Source: Candidatus Omnitrophota bacterium | Lineage (GTDB): Bacteria > Omnitrophota > Omnitrophia > Omnitrophales > Aquincolibacteriaceae | Direction: 5' to 3' | DNA length: 64,000 nucleotides | NCBI GenBank assembly: GCA_022711115.1 | Contig: JAKLFP010000005.1 | Span: forward strand, 136,572-200,571 | Part shown: in pieces, positions 49,594-61,800 of the stretch | Numbering within the stretch: the first letter of the stretch is position 1 | How the letters are laid out: every line of letters starts with the position of its first letter | Program-made: the position numbers and the translations under genes | Notes under the pieces: model-generated | Databases searched by the model: none | Told to the model about the DNA's origin: nothing | Seen by the model: only the letters and a program-made list of their open reading frames with translations

Positions 49594-50610
49594 ATGATCA
49601 TTGTTCTTAAGAAAAATGCAACGCCGCAAGAACTGGAACACATCTGTCAAAAGGTTCGTGAACTCGGGCTGACACCGCAGGTGTCACGAGGCATCGAACG
49701 GACGGTGATCGGTGTGATCGGACAAGAGGAAAAACTCCAGGTCCAGCCGCTGGAGGCTTTTCCAGGTGTCGAATCGGTGATGTCGATTCTCAAGCCGTAT
49801 AAACTGGCGAGCCGCGATTACAAGAACGAAAACACGGAATTTGAAATGACGCATGGCGTGAAAGTCGGGGCCAAGAAGATTGTGGTGATGGCCGGGCCGT
49901 GTTCTGTGGAAAATTATGATATGCTTCTTCATCTTGCCAAGTCCGTCAAAAAAGCGGGTGCAACGTTTCTTCGGGGCGGGGCTTTTAAACCCCGCACTTC
50001 GCCCTATTCCTTTCAAGGATTGGGAGAGGAAGGTTTAAAGTATCTTCGGCAGGCAGCGGATGAAACCGGGCTTTTGGTTGTGACCGAAGTGATGGATACA
50101 CGCCAAGTGGAGCTCGTATCGCAATACGCGGATATGCTTCAAATCGGGGCACGGAATATGCAGAACTTTGATCTTCTCAAGGAGTGCGGGATGACGAAAA
50201 AACCGGTCCTTCTCAAACGGGGCCTCAGCGCTACGGTGAAAGATCTTTTGATGTCTGCCGAATATCTTCTCTCCCGAGGAAATTTTAAGGTCATGCTTGC
50301 CGAGCGCGGGATCCGGACTTTCGAGACCGCAACCCGTAATACACTGGATCTCAATGCGATACCGGTCATCAAAAAAGAAACACATCTGCCAGTACTAGTG
50401 GATCCGTCGCATGGCACCGGGTACAGGGATTTTGTAACCCCTATGGCAATGGCTGGTGTGGCAGCCGGGTGTGATGGGCTCATGGTCGAAGTCCATCCCT
50501 GTCCGGAAGAAGCGAAAAGTGACGGCGAACAATCGGTAGTACCGGGTCAATTTGAGGAAATGATGAGAAAAGTCCGCCTTGTGGCCCAAGCGGTCGATCG
50601 CGACATTTGA
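49594..50610 (+). CDS. aroF: 3-deoxy-7-phosphoheptulonate (DAHP) synthase, class I-beta, with N-terminal regulatory domain
   Basis: The KDO8P/DAHP TIM-barrel motifs (GPCSVE, KRG and DPSH) are present. An N-terminal extension of about 70 aa matches the regulated Thermotoga-type enzymes. Confidence 0.8.
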   Translation: MIIVLKKNATPQELEHICQKVRELGLTPQVSRGIERTVIGVIGQEEKLQVQPLEAFPGVESVMSILKPYKLASRDYKNENTEFEMTHGVKVGAKKIVVMAGPCSVENYDMLLHLAKSVKKAGATFLRGGAFKPRTSPYSFQGLGEEGLKYLRQAADETGLLVVTEVMDTRQVELVSQYADMLQIGARNMQNFDLLKECGMTKKPVLLKRGLSATVKDLLMSAEYLLSRGNFKVMLAERGIRTFETATRNTLDLNAIPVIKKETHLPVLVDPSHGTGYRDFVTPMAMAGVAAGCDGLMVEVHPCPEEAKSDGEQSVVPGQFEEMMRKVRLVAQAVDRDI

Positions 50611-50705
50611 TGTGCGTCATGAGAAACGGTCACTGTACACTGTAAAAGCTGCCGCTTGTGCGTTTTGCCTTGAGACTTAAACCAGTGACAAGGATGATAA
50701 AGCCT

Positions 50706-51539
50706 ATGTTTAAGAAGATTGCAATTATAGGATTGGGACTGATGGGCGGCTCACTGGCTGCTGCCTGCCGGGAAAAATTGCCAAAAACGCGGATTGTCGG
50801 GATTACCCGTAACCGCAAAGCGCTTTCCTTTGCTAAAAAAAACAAATGGATCCACGAGGGATCGCGTGAGTTACGTTCGGGCGTCCAAGATGCGGATCTT
50901 ATCGTTCTATGCACACCAGTCGATACTTTTCCCTGTTATCTCAAAGAAATCGACCGTTTCTGTAAAAAAGGAACTTTGGTCACGGACGTTGGTAGCGTCA
51001 AGGCCTCCATTCAAAAAGAGGTCCATAAAAGGCACTGGCGGCATCTTTCCTTTGTTAGCTGCCACCCGATGGTGGGTTCTCATGAGCGTGGGATCCGGGT
51101 GTCGCATCCGGCTCTTTATGATGATGGATTGATGATTTTGGTGCGTGACAAGAGAACATGTTTGCGCAGCTACAAGAAGGTAAAACAATTCTGGAGCCGT
51201 TTCAGCGGAAGAATCGTGGAATTAAGCCCGAACATGCATGATAAACTTGTGGGGGAGGTCAGCCATTTGCCGCATGCCATCGCTGTTTGCCTGATGCATA
51301 CGGTTTCTAAGCCTGCGCTGAAACTTGCCTCGGCGGGTTTTCGGGATACGACGAGGATCGCAGCGTCCGATCCTTCGATCTGGGAGCCGATTTTTAAAGC
51401 CAATCAGAAATTTATTTTGCAGGACCTGAACCGCTTTGAACGGACCCTTAAAATTTTTAAAAGAAATCTTTCCGCAAGCAATCCCTATCCGTTGGTTCGT
51501 TTTCTGGATCGCGCCAAAAAGATTCGTTGTTCGATTTGA
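50706..51539 (+). CDS. tyrA: Prephenate dehydrogenase
   Basis: The N-terminal Rossmann motif IAIIGLGLMGGS is present, and the catalytic His lies in HPMVGSHE. ATG 50706 is preferred, with AAGGA upstream. Confidence 0.85.
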   Translation: MFKKIAIIGLGLMGGSLAAACREKLPKTRIVGITRNRKALSFAKKNKWIHEGSRELRSGVQDADLIVLCTPVDTFPCYLKEIDRFCKKGTLVTDVGSVKASIQKEVHKRHWRHLSFVSCHPMVGSHERGIRVSHPALYDDGLMILVRDKRTCLRSYKKVKQFWSRFSGRIVELSPNMHDKLVGEVSHLPHAIAVCLMHTVSKPALKLASAGFRDTTRIAASDPSIWEPIFKANQKFILQDLNRFERTLKIFKRNLSASNPYPLVRFLDRAKKIRCSI

Positions 51540-51719
51540 ATTTTAAGAGATTCGTTAAAATTTACTCTTCCCAAGATAGGAATCTATGCTATAATCCCTT
51601 TGTTCGCGCTGATTTCAGCAAAAGCCCAGGCGCTTTATGATGAAAGGGAAGCAACAGCGCGGATACCCATTTTCATGCAATCCTAATGGAAAGGGTACTC
51701 TCAAGGAGGTTTTTCCCTT

Positions 51720-53285
51720 ATGCATTCCCAATTTTCAGAGCTGTACGAGAAGTCTTTAAGCCGTGATATTTTAGTCGGCGAGGTTGTTAAAGGAACGGTG
51801 ATTGCCGTCCACGACCGTGAAGTCGTGGTGGATATCGGCTATAAGGCCGAGGGTATTTTGGCTAAAGATGAATTCCTGCAGCCGGAAACGCTGACGGTAG
51901 GTTCCGAGGTTGAAGTTCTTTTCGAAGGCTTTGACGATGTGGAAGGGAGTGCCATTTTATCCAAAAGGAAAGCCGACAGGCAAAAAACATGGAATGATAT
52001 TCTTTCGAATGCCGAAGAGGGTGCCATTGTGGAAGGACGCATTTCGCGTAAGGTCCGCGGTGGTTTCATGGTCGATATCGGCATGGAGGCCTTTTTGCCG
52101 GCATCGCTCGTGGATATTAAACCTGTCCGTAATCAGGATGCCTTTATCGGATTGCAGAGTAAATTTCTCGTCGTCAAGATCAATCACAAACGCAAAAATG
52201 TCGTTGTATCCCGAAAAGATCTCCTTGAGAAAAGCCGCAACGAAGCTCGAACGGAAAAGCTCAGCACGCTGAAGGTCGGGCAAGTTGTTAAAGGTAAAGT
52301 GAAAAACATTACCGATTTCGGCGTTTTCATCGATCTTGGCAATCTTGATGGTCTTCTTCATATCACCGATATGAGTTGGGGACGCGTTTCGCATCCTTCG
52401 GACCTTGCAAAGCTCGGGGATGAAATCGAGGTGGTGGTCATTGCCATTGATCAGGCGAAACAGAAGATTTCCCTTGGTCTCAAGCAAAAAGGTTCAGATC
52501 CTTGGGGAACGGTCGATCAACGCTATTCCATCGGCAATCAGGTTTGCGGGCGTGTGGTGAATATCCTTCCTTATGGTGCATTCGTGGAACTGGAACCCGG
52601 TATTGAAGGGCTTGTTCACATCAGTGAACTTTCCTGGACCAAACGGGTGAATCATCCCAGTGAGATTCTCTCCATCGGGATGGAATTGGATGTTGTCATT
52701 TTGAGTCTGGATAAAGAAGCTAAAAAGATTTCTCTGGGCGCCAAGCAGGCACAGGAAAATCCTTGGACTGCGGCAGCCAATAAGTATCAAGTCGGCAATC
52801 GTGTGACCGGGACGATTCGTAATTTGACGGATTATGGCGCGTTCATTGAATTAGAGCCCGGCATTGAAGGACTTCTTCACGTTTCGGATATTTCCTGGAC
52901 GCATAAGGTCGCCAAACCGTCAGATGTTCTTAAAAAAGGTGATCCGGTCGAGGTGATGATCCTGGCGGTGGATACGGAAGCAAAGAAGATTTCCCTCGGC
53001 ATGAAACAGCTTACCGATGATCCGTGGGTGGATCTTACGAAGAATTTTTTAACGGGCCTCGAACTCCAGGCAAAGATCACGAGGATTGTGAATTTCGGAC
53101 TTTTCGTGGAACTGGACAACGGGCTTGAAGGGTTGATCCACGTTTCTGAAATCCCTGATTGTTCGGGACAGGATCTCGCCAAGCAATATAAAATTGGCGA
53201 TACCCTTCGCTGCAGTATCCTGAATGTCGACCAAGAAGGCCGCAAGATCGCATTGACTTGCAAGAACGAATCCCTAAGTGCCTGA
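51720..53285 (+). CDS. rpsA: 30S ribosomal protein S1 (six S1 domains)
   Basis: Six repeated S1 OB-fold units with G.V..I..FG.FV...G..GL.H.S motifs are present. Confidence 0.9.
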   Translation: MHSQFSELYEKSLSRDILVGEVVKGTVIAVHDREVVVDIGYKAEGILAKDEFLQPETLTVGSEVEVLFEGFDDVEGSAILSKRKADRQKTWNDILSNAEEGAIVEGRISRKVRGGFMVDIGMEAFLPASLVDIKPVRNQDAFIGLQSKFLVVKINHKRKNVVVSRKDLLEKSRNEARTEKLSTLKVGQVVKGKVKNITDFGVFIDLGNLDGLLHITDMSWGRVSHPSDLAKLGDEIEVVVIAIDQAKQKISLGLKQKGSDPWGTVDQRYSIGNQVCGRVVNILPYGAFVELEPGIEGLVHISELSWTKRVNHPSEILSIGMELDVVILSLDKEAKKISLGAKQAQENPWTAAANKYQVGNRVTGTIRNLTDYGAFIELEPGIEGLLHVSDISWTHKVAKPSDVLKKGDPVEVMILAVDTEAKKISLGMKQLTDDPWVDLTKNFLTGLELQAKITRIVNFGLFVELDNGLEGLIHVSEIPDCSGQDLAKQYKIGDTLRCSILNVDQEGRKIALTCKNESLSA

Positions 53286-53295
53286 TCCAAAAAAG

Positions 53296-54546
53296 ATGAC
53301 GAATCCCCAGCACCGACGAGTCGTCATTACTGGTTTGGGGGTCGTTTCCCCGATCGGTTCCGGGAAAGAAACTTTTTGGAAAGCGCTGGTCGAGGGGAAA
53401 AGCGGTATTTCCAACATCACCTCGTTTGATACATCTGCTTTTACAACGCGTTTTGCCGGTGAGATCAAAGATTTCCAACCTACGTCATATATCCTTCCTA
53501 AAAAACTCAAACGCATGGATCGCACCACCCAATTAGCGGTTGTGGCCTCTAAAATGGCAGTTCAAGACGCGGGTCTCGATTTCCAGCAAAACGGTGGACG
53601 GGAAAGAACGGGCGTCATCATCGGAACGGCCCTTGCCGGTGTCGGTTATATCTTGGAACAATCGGTGATTCTTATGCAAAAAGGCCCTATGCGGCTTAAT
53701 CCCTTTACGGCCCTGGCGTCTTTTCCGGACGCTTGTGCCGGGAATGTTTCCATTGAATTGGGTGTAACCGGTCCGAGTTTTTCGATTGCTACCGCGTGCT
53801 CTTCAGCGTCTGACGCATGCGGCTATGCCTTTGATGCGATCCGGAGCGGCGATCTGGATTTTTTGATCATGGGTGGGGCGGAGGCCACTATTTTCCCGGG
53901 GATCGTGGCATCTTTTTGCGTTGCGCGTGCTCTTTCCACACGAAATGATCAACCGGAAAAAGCATCGCGTCCGTTCAGTATGGACCGTGACGGATTTGTG
54001 ATCGGAGAAGGTGCCGGCATGTTAGTGCTGGAGGAGTATGAGCACGCGAAAAAACGTGGCGCTCACATTTATGCTGAGATTCTTGGCCACGGCATGACCT
54101 GCGATGCTTATCATATGACGGCGCCGGACCCGGAAGGGCGGGAAGCAAGCCGCGCCATGCAACTTGCGATGAAACACGCGGGGATTGGGCCGCAAGAGAT
54201 TGATTATATCAATGCCCACGGCACCTCCACGCCTCTGAATGACAAGACCGAAACCCTGATCATCAAAAAAGTGTTCGGGTCTCGCGCCTATGAAATCCCT
54301 GTCAGTTCTGTCAAATCCATGATCGGGCATTTGATCGGTGCTGCCGGCAGTGTCGAGCTCATCGCCGCACTCCTTGCCATGCAACACCAGGTCATTCCGC
54401 CGACCATCAACTACACAAGCAAAGATCCTGAATGTGACTTGGATTATGTGCCGAATACGGCGCGGGAAGCCAAACTTCGGATTGTGATGAAGAATTCCTT
54501 TGGCTTCGGCGGGAAAAATTCCATCCTTATCCTCAAAAAAGTCTAA
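53296..54546 (+). CDS. fabF: 3-oxoacyl-ACP synthase II
   Basis: The Cys-His-His triad context is present (ACSS, HGTST, GH.IGA.G). The start at 53296 (MTNPQHRRVVITG) is preferred. Confidence 0.9.
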   Translation: MTNPQHRRVVITGLGVVSPIGSGKETFWKALVEGKSGISNITSFDTSAFTTRFAGEIKDFQPTSYILPKKLKRMDRTTQLAVVASKMAVQDAGLDFQQNGGRERTGVIIGTALAGVGYILEQSVILMQKGPMRLNPFTALASFPDACAGNVSIELGVTGPSFSIATACSSASDACGYAFDAIRSGDLDFLIMGGAEATIFPGIVASFCVARALSTRNDQPEKASRPFSMDRDGFVIGEGAGMLVLEEYEHAKKRGAHIYAEILGHGMTCDAYHMTAPDPEGREASRAMQLAMKHAGIGPQEIDYINAHGTSTPLNDKTETLIIKKVFGSRAYEIPVSSVKSMIGHLIGAAGSVELIAALLAMQHQVIPPTINYTSKDPECDLDYVPNTAREAKLRIVMKNSFGFGGKNSILILKKV

Positions 54547-54598
54547 CCTTATCAGCCTATCGAGTATAGCTGATTGCCTATAGCCGTTGCTATGAGCT

Positions 54599-55498
54599 TT
54601 AAAGAACTTCTTCGTTGATTTCTTCGGCGGGATTTGCTGCTGTGCGATTCTTTCGGTGGGAAATAGTATCAACACCTGAACCATCGAGGATGCCGCGTTT
54701 GGATGCTTCAATAAAGGCCACCATATGCGCTACTTCTTTGCTCTTGAGATCCCGCTTGATCGTTTCCAAAGCCTGACTGACATTCATCCCTGAGCGGTAA
54801 AGGAGTTTGTAGGCTTCCTTGATCTCCATGCGGACCTCGGGGCCGATGCCCGCGCGTCTCAAGCCGACTACATTGATCCCCTGAGCGATCGCAGGACGCC
54901 CGCCGCAAATAACGTAGGGAGGAATATCTTTATTAATCGCTGAAAGGGCGCTGACCATGGCAAGCGTTCCGATGCGCGTGAATTGGTGGAACCCTGTCAT
55001 GCCGGAAAGGAACGCGCGATCCTCCACCTCACAATGGCCGGTCAGCGATGCCTGATTGACCATGATGATATGGCTGCCGAGATGGCAGTTGTGCGCGATA
55101 TGGCAGTAAGCCATAAAAAAATTCGAATCACCAATGATCGTAGCCGTACCTTCCTTGGTGCCGCGATGGATCGTGACAAACTCCCGGATTTCATTTTTAT
55201 TCCCGATTTTTGTGAAAGTTTCTTGTCCCTGGTAGGCCAGATCCTGAGGGGCATGGCCGAGCACGGCATTCATGTGGATTGTATTGTAATGACCGAGTTC
55301 GGTGCCCCGAGCGAGATAAGCGCCGGCCATGATCTTATTATGACCGCCGAGCTTCACCCCATCTTCAATAATGACATTGGGACCGATGGTGTTGTTAACC
55401 CCAATTTCGACGTTTTTACCGATTATGGCTGAAGCATGAATTTCTGACACGGTTCCAATCCCTTTCAATGTCTGCGAAGTGGCCCCCATACGGATCAA
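54599..55498 (-). CDS. lpxA: Acyl-ACP--UDP-N-acetylglucosamine O-acyltransferase
   Basis: The hexapeptide-repeat left-handed beta-helix is present, with a C-terminal helical domain. The catalytic His lies in MAYCHIAHNCHLG. Confidence 0.85.
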   Translation of the reverse strand: MIRMGATSQTLKGIGTVSEIHASAIIGKNVEIGVNNTIGPNVIIEDGVKLGGHNKIMAGAYLARGTELGHYNTIHMNAVLGHAPQDLAYQGQETFTKIGNKNEIREFVTIHRGTKEGTATIIGDSNFFMAYCHIAHNCHLGSHIIMVNQASLTGHCEVEDRAFLSGMTGFHQFTRIGTLAMVSALSAINKDIPPYVICGGRPAIAQGINVVGLRRAGIGPEVRMEIKEAYKLLYRSGMNVSQALETIKRDLKSKEVAHMVAFIEASKRGILDGSGVDTISHRKNRTAANPAEEINEEVL

Positions 55499-55885
55499 CT
55501 ATAAAAAAATCTAAAATTGTAATGGTCGGAATTATAACATAGGAGATAGCACGTAAAAAATACCTTTTTAACACTCAGTGCTAAATCGGGTTTATTGCCA
55601 CCCGAGGTCAATGTGTCGATTTTAATCCTTGGAGTTGTCAATAAGTGCTTCCAGAGGCTAAATGTTGCTATAAATGGCTATGGAGTATATCTCGATCTCA
55701 TAACCCGTTATAAAATAAGGTGTTGCAAACTAAAAAAAAGTAAAATAAATTGAATCCCTCTCTTGAAAAATCGAATCTCATCGAGTATATTTTCGCATAC
55801 TTTTTTTAAGCCTGAGAAAACACAAGAAAATCTATTTTGAAATCAGAAAAGAAAAACTCCCTTCACGTATAGAATGGATTACTGA

Positions 55886-58800
55886 ATGATTCGACAAAAA
55901 ACATTCAAATCGTTCATCGCGTCTTTCACGGCCTTTACTTTTTTCTTCACGAGTCTCGGTTTTAATGGTTCTCTTTTTGCCGCGGCGACCATGCCCGAAG
56001 TATCCCTGCCTTATCAGGCTGTTTTAGGCCAGAATATTCGCATTTCGCTTCCGCAAGATATCGGCAAAATCGAAAATTTGAAAATCGGAAAAAGCGGTCT
56101 TCCGGTTGTTTTCCACATTCAAACCGCGCACGGACACTATCAGGCCCAAAAACAAATCCAAGCCATTCTGAAACATTTGGATCAGAATTATGGCGTGAAG
56201 ACAGCGTTGGTCGAAGGCAGTGCTTTCAAGCTCAATCCGGAAATCCTGCGTTTCTTTCCTTCCGACATGGATCTGACCTTGAAGATTGCCGATGAACTCA
56301 CCAAGCAAGCGCTTGTCAAAGGCCCGGAGCTTTATCTGCTTGATTCCAAGGGCAGTCAGGCTTTCGGTATCGAAAAGGCCGAAGCCTATCGCGCAAACCG
56401 TGCGTCCTTTGTCGACGTTCTAGAAGAGCAGAAAAAAACAGGTCAGTTTCTCGCCGATATGAACATGAGTATCGAGCGCCTTTCAAGTCATTATCTGAGT
56501 AAAGACCTTCGCGATTTTCTCAAACGCCTTGAATCTTTCGAAAAGAACCAACTGCCGTTTGAGCAATGGCTTTCTTATCTTAAGGAGGAAGCCCAAAAAC
56601 GTCTGAATGTCGATTTGACGCAGACGGGTTATCAGGTCGAATGGCCGATGCTTGTCCGCCTTTTTAAGGTTCAAGAACTCTCTCGAAAACTAGATAAGCA
56701 GGCTTATCAGAAGGAAAAAGACTTGTTTCTCAAAGCCATCCGTTCTATTTCAAAAACCACTTATGCAGAGATTGAAGCACTTCTGAACAATCCCAATCTT
56801 GCCCGCCAGTTGCCGGATCCGGAAACCAGTCTTTTGTTCGAGGACATGGTTCGTCAACTGCCGCGTCAGTTTAATTATGAGGCCTTTCCGAATGTGCGCT
56901 ACTATGCCGGTTGTTTGATCCTTCAAAGCGAGATAAAGGCTGTAGGGCTTATGTCGGAGACCCAAAAGCTTACGGATCTTATCACTCGGAAACTGACCCG
57001 AAATAAAGAGGAACACAAGCTTTTAACCCTTTTAAAAGACCACCGTCTTCTTCAGAAACTGTTTGCTCTGGAGTTACTGCCCGCCGATTACGAACAAATC
57101 CTCGAACGGGGGATGACGGATGCCGGATGGAGCTTAAAACCCTCCGAACTTGTCAAACGCTTTAGCCCTGCTATTTTCCAACCTTCGTCCAATATCCGAA
57201 GAGTCAAAGATGTAGCATTTACCCACATCGCCGATCTCGACATCCTTTTCAACAAGGCTATGAAATTTTATAAAGGTGTCAAAATGCGCGATGCACTTAT
57301 GGAACAGATGATCGAACAGCGTCTCCAGGAGACAGGCGCCACGAAAGTCGCGGTCATCACCGGGGGCTTTCACTCCGGGCCTTTTCAGGATTATTTCTCG
57401 AATAAAGATTATACGTACGCGCTCATTTCTCCGAAGATTTCCGGGGCGGATGACAAGGGCCATGAGGCTTATATCCAGAACATGATCGATTTTACTTTTC
57501 ACCCGGTCAAAGCGGCTACCATTGAATCAGCATTTTCTGCCGATCTCGGGATGAATGAAACACAAGCCGCCTCGGTTGGTCTTTCTCTCAGAGTTGCCCG
57601 CACAGCATTTGTTTCTGCGGTACGTGAAATCGTCGCCCATGTGGCCCAAGATCACAAAGACGCCTTTGCCGTTCTCCGCGCGCATTTCAAGAAAGTATTC
57701 GAAACGGGAGAACTTGCCGCGGTGCCTCAAATGGTCCCGATCCCTTCGCCGGCCACAGCGCCTGTTTTGAATGCGCGGTCCGAAGTGCGGGCCGAAGCGA
57801 CTGAGAATATTGATTTGAAAAATGCGATTCTTTTAGCCCTTATCAGTCACCTTCAACTTGCGGATATCGATCGAAGACTTCTCGATACAGATATTGTGGA
57901 AGAAATCCAGGGTAAATTGACGCTCCCCGCACGGCGCTTGGACGCGTTGTTTCAGCGGCATAAAGGGCAGCCTATTTTGAATGTTCAGGGGGCACAGAGT
58001 GTGGCTCGAAGTTTTGATCTGTTTTTGAGACGAAAAGAGGAAGTGGATCTTTATAAGACGCAGTTTTTTGAAATCCCCAAAACAGCCTATGTCGTTGAAG
58101 TCAAAAGTAACCCTAAAAAACCGGTTGAACCCGATATTTTTGGTACGGATCAGGATGCCCTGCGAGAACAGATCAAATTTATTTCGATTCTTAACCATTT
58201 GACACAGCCCGGGAAACAAAATCTCTTCAACAAATTTCTCGGGCATCCTGATGTCCAATATTACAAGACGATTCGCAAGGTTCGCGAAATGTACAAGCAA
58301 AAAGAAGGTCGAGGGCAGAATGACCAACTTGTGATGGGAGAAATACCCACGCTTGCGACTTTTGACCTTTTCCGGCAAAGGCTAAAAGAAGTGCTCAAGG
58401 GTGAAGAGTTTCTTGCGGAGGATGATGTGAAATTCATCAATCGCTTGAAGGGCGAAATCGACCGATTCATCGATTTAAACGATCTCATGAGCGAACTCCT
58501 TCATCAGGCCATGGACCGCGATTCGATTTCCCGTGAAGATGCGAACATTCTTCTTTATTTGCAGCAGGTGGGGGTGGGGGTGGTCAGCGAAGAAGTCGCT
58601 CAGGCAATCAAGAGCGATACCCATTATGTTAGTCTCGGCGCTTATAAGTATGGGTTGCAATATAACCCTGGCCGTGCTAAACGGAGCGGACTTTTTAAAG
58701 GGCATATGGTGGGAAGGCAAACGGAAACGATTGTGGCAGAGTCTTATGTCAATGATTTCCTCCCGCTTCAACGGCATCTGCGTGCCGGTAAAGCCGATGC

Positions 58801-61800
58801 CGGACTTCGCATCAGGGAACTTGCCAATCCCTATCCGCATAAATTTGCCAGCCGTAATACGGTTTTTGATCCGATTCAGCCCCAGGTCGTAAATCTTGAA
58901 GACCTGGAAAGTTTGTTGCGCAATCTGAGAGAAAGTACACCCTCCGGTGAACCGACGCGGTACCGCGGATTTTTTAACGGGCCATTCGCTGGTTTTACCA
59001 TCCCGCATCTTCATTATCAAGGTTTTCTCGGTGAAACCAAGATGGAAGAAGCCTTGAAGCAGGAGGGCGCGCTGGAACTGTTGGGTGTCGATAAAAACAA
59101 TATTAAACATTTCCGTCTTAATAATGAATTTTTTAAAGACAAAGCCCAATTTCCGTTGCGTTCCACCATAGTCATTGAAGGAAGAGATCCTGAGGCTACG
59201 GCGCAAGCGGTCATTGAAATTTTGAAATTAGCTAATGACAAAGAAAAACTAGGCAAAAAGAAAAAGTCCCTTCCCATTACCAAAGAATCTCTTTTTACCT
59301 ACAATATTCTTTTTTCTGATAATGGCGAATTTTCTCGCGTCTATGTGATGATGAATCGCATTGTGCTTGATCCGCTGAATCCTCCCGGAAGCCTTACGGA
59401 AAGGAATACACTCGTCTATTCTAATAAGGAAGAGCATAAGGAAAGAGTCAAAGCATTAAAAAGCGAATTGAAAAAAATCCGCCAGAAATTTCCGCCACTC
59501 TGGAAAAAACATGGGCAAATTGAGGGGAAGGCAGAGAAAGAGGCGTATCTAAAACAAGAGATCGAACCCTTGCAGAAAGAATACGGTAAAAAAGTCACGG
59601 AGGCTATCAAGGAAACCGTCATTCTCTTTCAAGGAAGACCTGCTAGCGTGGAGATGACCGATCTTCTGATCTTCGGGGATCCCAACCAGGAAAAAAGTTT
59701 TAAGACGATCCTGGAAAGCGCGGATTTACAACGGTACGTGATTGATGAAGTTTTTAACGAGAGGGTGTATCCGGATTTTGAAGACTTAATTAAAAAAGTG
59801 CAAGCTTCCTTGACATCTGGAGCTGTTCGTTCCGAGGTACGTTCACCCGATCAAATCCGGGGATTGCCAACCCTGGCAATACCCGGATTTGCCAAGGGTC
59901 GCTCGGAGGCGCACAGCAGTCTCCGCACTGAGAGTGACAAAGCCACCGTACGTGCTGAGATGAGGGCTGATGAAAGCCGTAACAAGAGACCTTTCCAGGT
60001 CGTAAAATATTTAGAGGCCGTGACAGAGGGAGGAAGCGTCACTTCTCCGGAATCTCAACCATTTCATGGTCAGGTGGGAGCCCGACCGGATGCGCCCTCG
60101 GTGCATTTAAGCAATCGACAGATTGCAGGCGCAGTCGGAAAAATGAGAAAAACTTCTGGTCGTTCGGAAGCGCGAAACGAGAGTAAATGGCATGAATTGC
60201 AGAGACAAATACAAGCTGTGGTTGATGCCCGTGAGGCAGTCATCAAGGGCCTGCAAGATGATCATCATCAGGCCGTTGCTGCTTTGCATCGTGAACTTCC
60301 GGGTAAAGAAAATGCCACTGCTCGTGCTTTGCGTATCGAACTCATGCATGAAGATCTTGAAAAGGCCGTCCACAAAATTAATCACGATGCTGGACGTCAG
60401 ATCGAAAAGCTGAATGTGCGGCAACGGCAACTTTCCGACTCCCGCTCCGAAGTAAGGAGCGCGGTATGGCCCAAGGATTCGGTTATTTTGAAATCCCAAT
60501 ATGAAACTTTGACACCCCCGCAACAAGAGGTGGTAAGGCAAGTGACGGAATTGCTTGATAGTGCTGGCAGTCATGTCGCAAGGTATAAACCGACCGTGAA
60601 ATATGCCGAGTTGACGGGTGGCAGCCAGACTTTTCGCGATTGGCGGGATATCCATCCAGGTGAATGGGATCTTAATGAAATTTTGGCGGGGATTCCTCTT
60701 GAGGCGGACTGGCAGCGAAATCTTATAGCGGAACATTTTTTTGATGCTTTTCGCAGGGGTTATGACCGGACGAAATCAGGAGTCATGAGCCGGGCACGCG
60801 GTTTGATTTTATTTCAGATTCAACGTCAGCCGGATGTGGAGCCGGATGCTTCCGTGACGACAACCGTTTTTCGCTATTTTAAAGACGTGCTTCCCGTTGC
60901 TAGCGATCTTCACCGGAAAATAAGTCATCAGGAGACATGGTTAAAACGAATGGGAGGTTCCGAGCTTTATCATTTGATCGTTCTCATTGAGCCGGATCCC
61001 ATGGTGCCGTATGTTGACGCCAATCGGTATGCCGGCATTTTACATGTCCTGGCATTGGGCAAAAAGGCTGCTGAAAAACTTCAATCGCTTTTGACAAATA
61101 ATCCCGAAGCTCTTCCCTATGCGCTTCGTAATAGCACAAGAACGGCTTTTAAAAATACTTATGAGGGATTTGTCAGGCCGACGTTGGACGCCGCCGGATT
61201 TTACAGGCCTTTGAATGTCGAAGACACTGCCCAACGCGATTTCGTCATTGCCCAGACAGATCAGCCTGCCCGCTCGGAGGCACGTAGTAGCCTCAGCACT
61301 GAAAACACCACGGGTGCTGTACGTGCCGAGCTGAGGGATGCTGGCAAACTTGCTATTGAACTTTCCATTTTGTCAGGGCTTCTTTATCCCGAGGAAAACC
61401 GAAAACCGGCAGGTTTTCAGAATACCCGGCTTTTGAGCCAGCTTAATGCGCCATTATTTGGCGGAATTCTTTTTGAGACTTTGAGAATTGTGGATCAGGA
61501 GATCGCAAAAGGGTCTGACGCGAAAGGATCCGCGGCGTGGAGAAAAATAAAAGCTGCTTATACAAAAGAACTAAAACAAACCATCAACCGGGAAAACAGG
61601 TCAAACCGGCTATTATCGGATCATCAAGCCGCGGATTTTTTAAGACGTTTTACGGCCGATCTTGCGACTGCCAGGATCTTTGCCCGCTCGGAGGCACGTA
61701 GTAGCCTTCGCACTGAGAGCACCACGGGTGCCGTACGTGCCGAGGTGAGGGGCATGGAGGTTGTCAAGGATGGTGTTCCGCTCCGTTCCGAAGTACGGAG

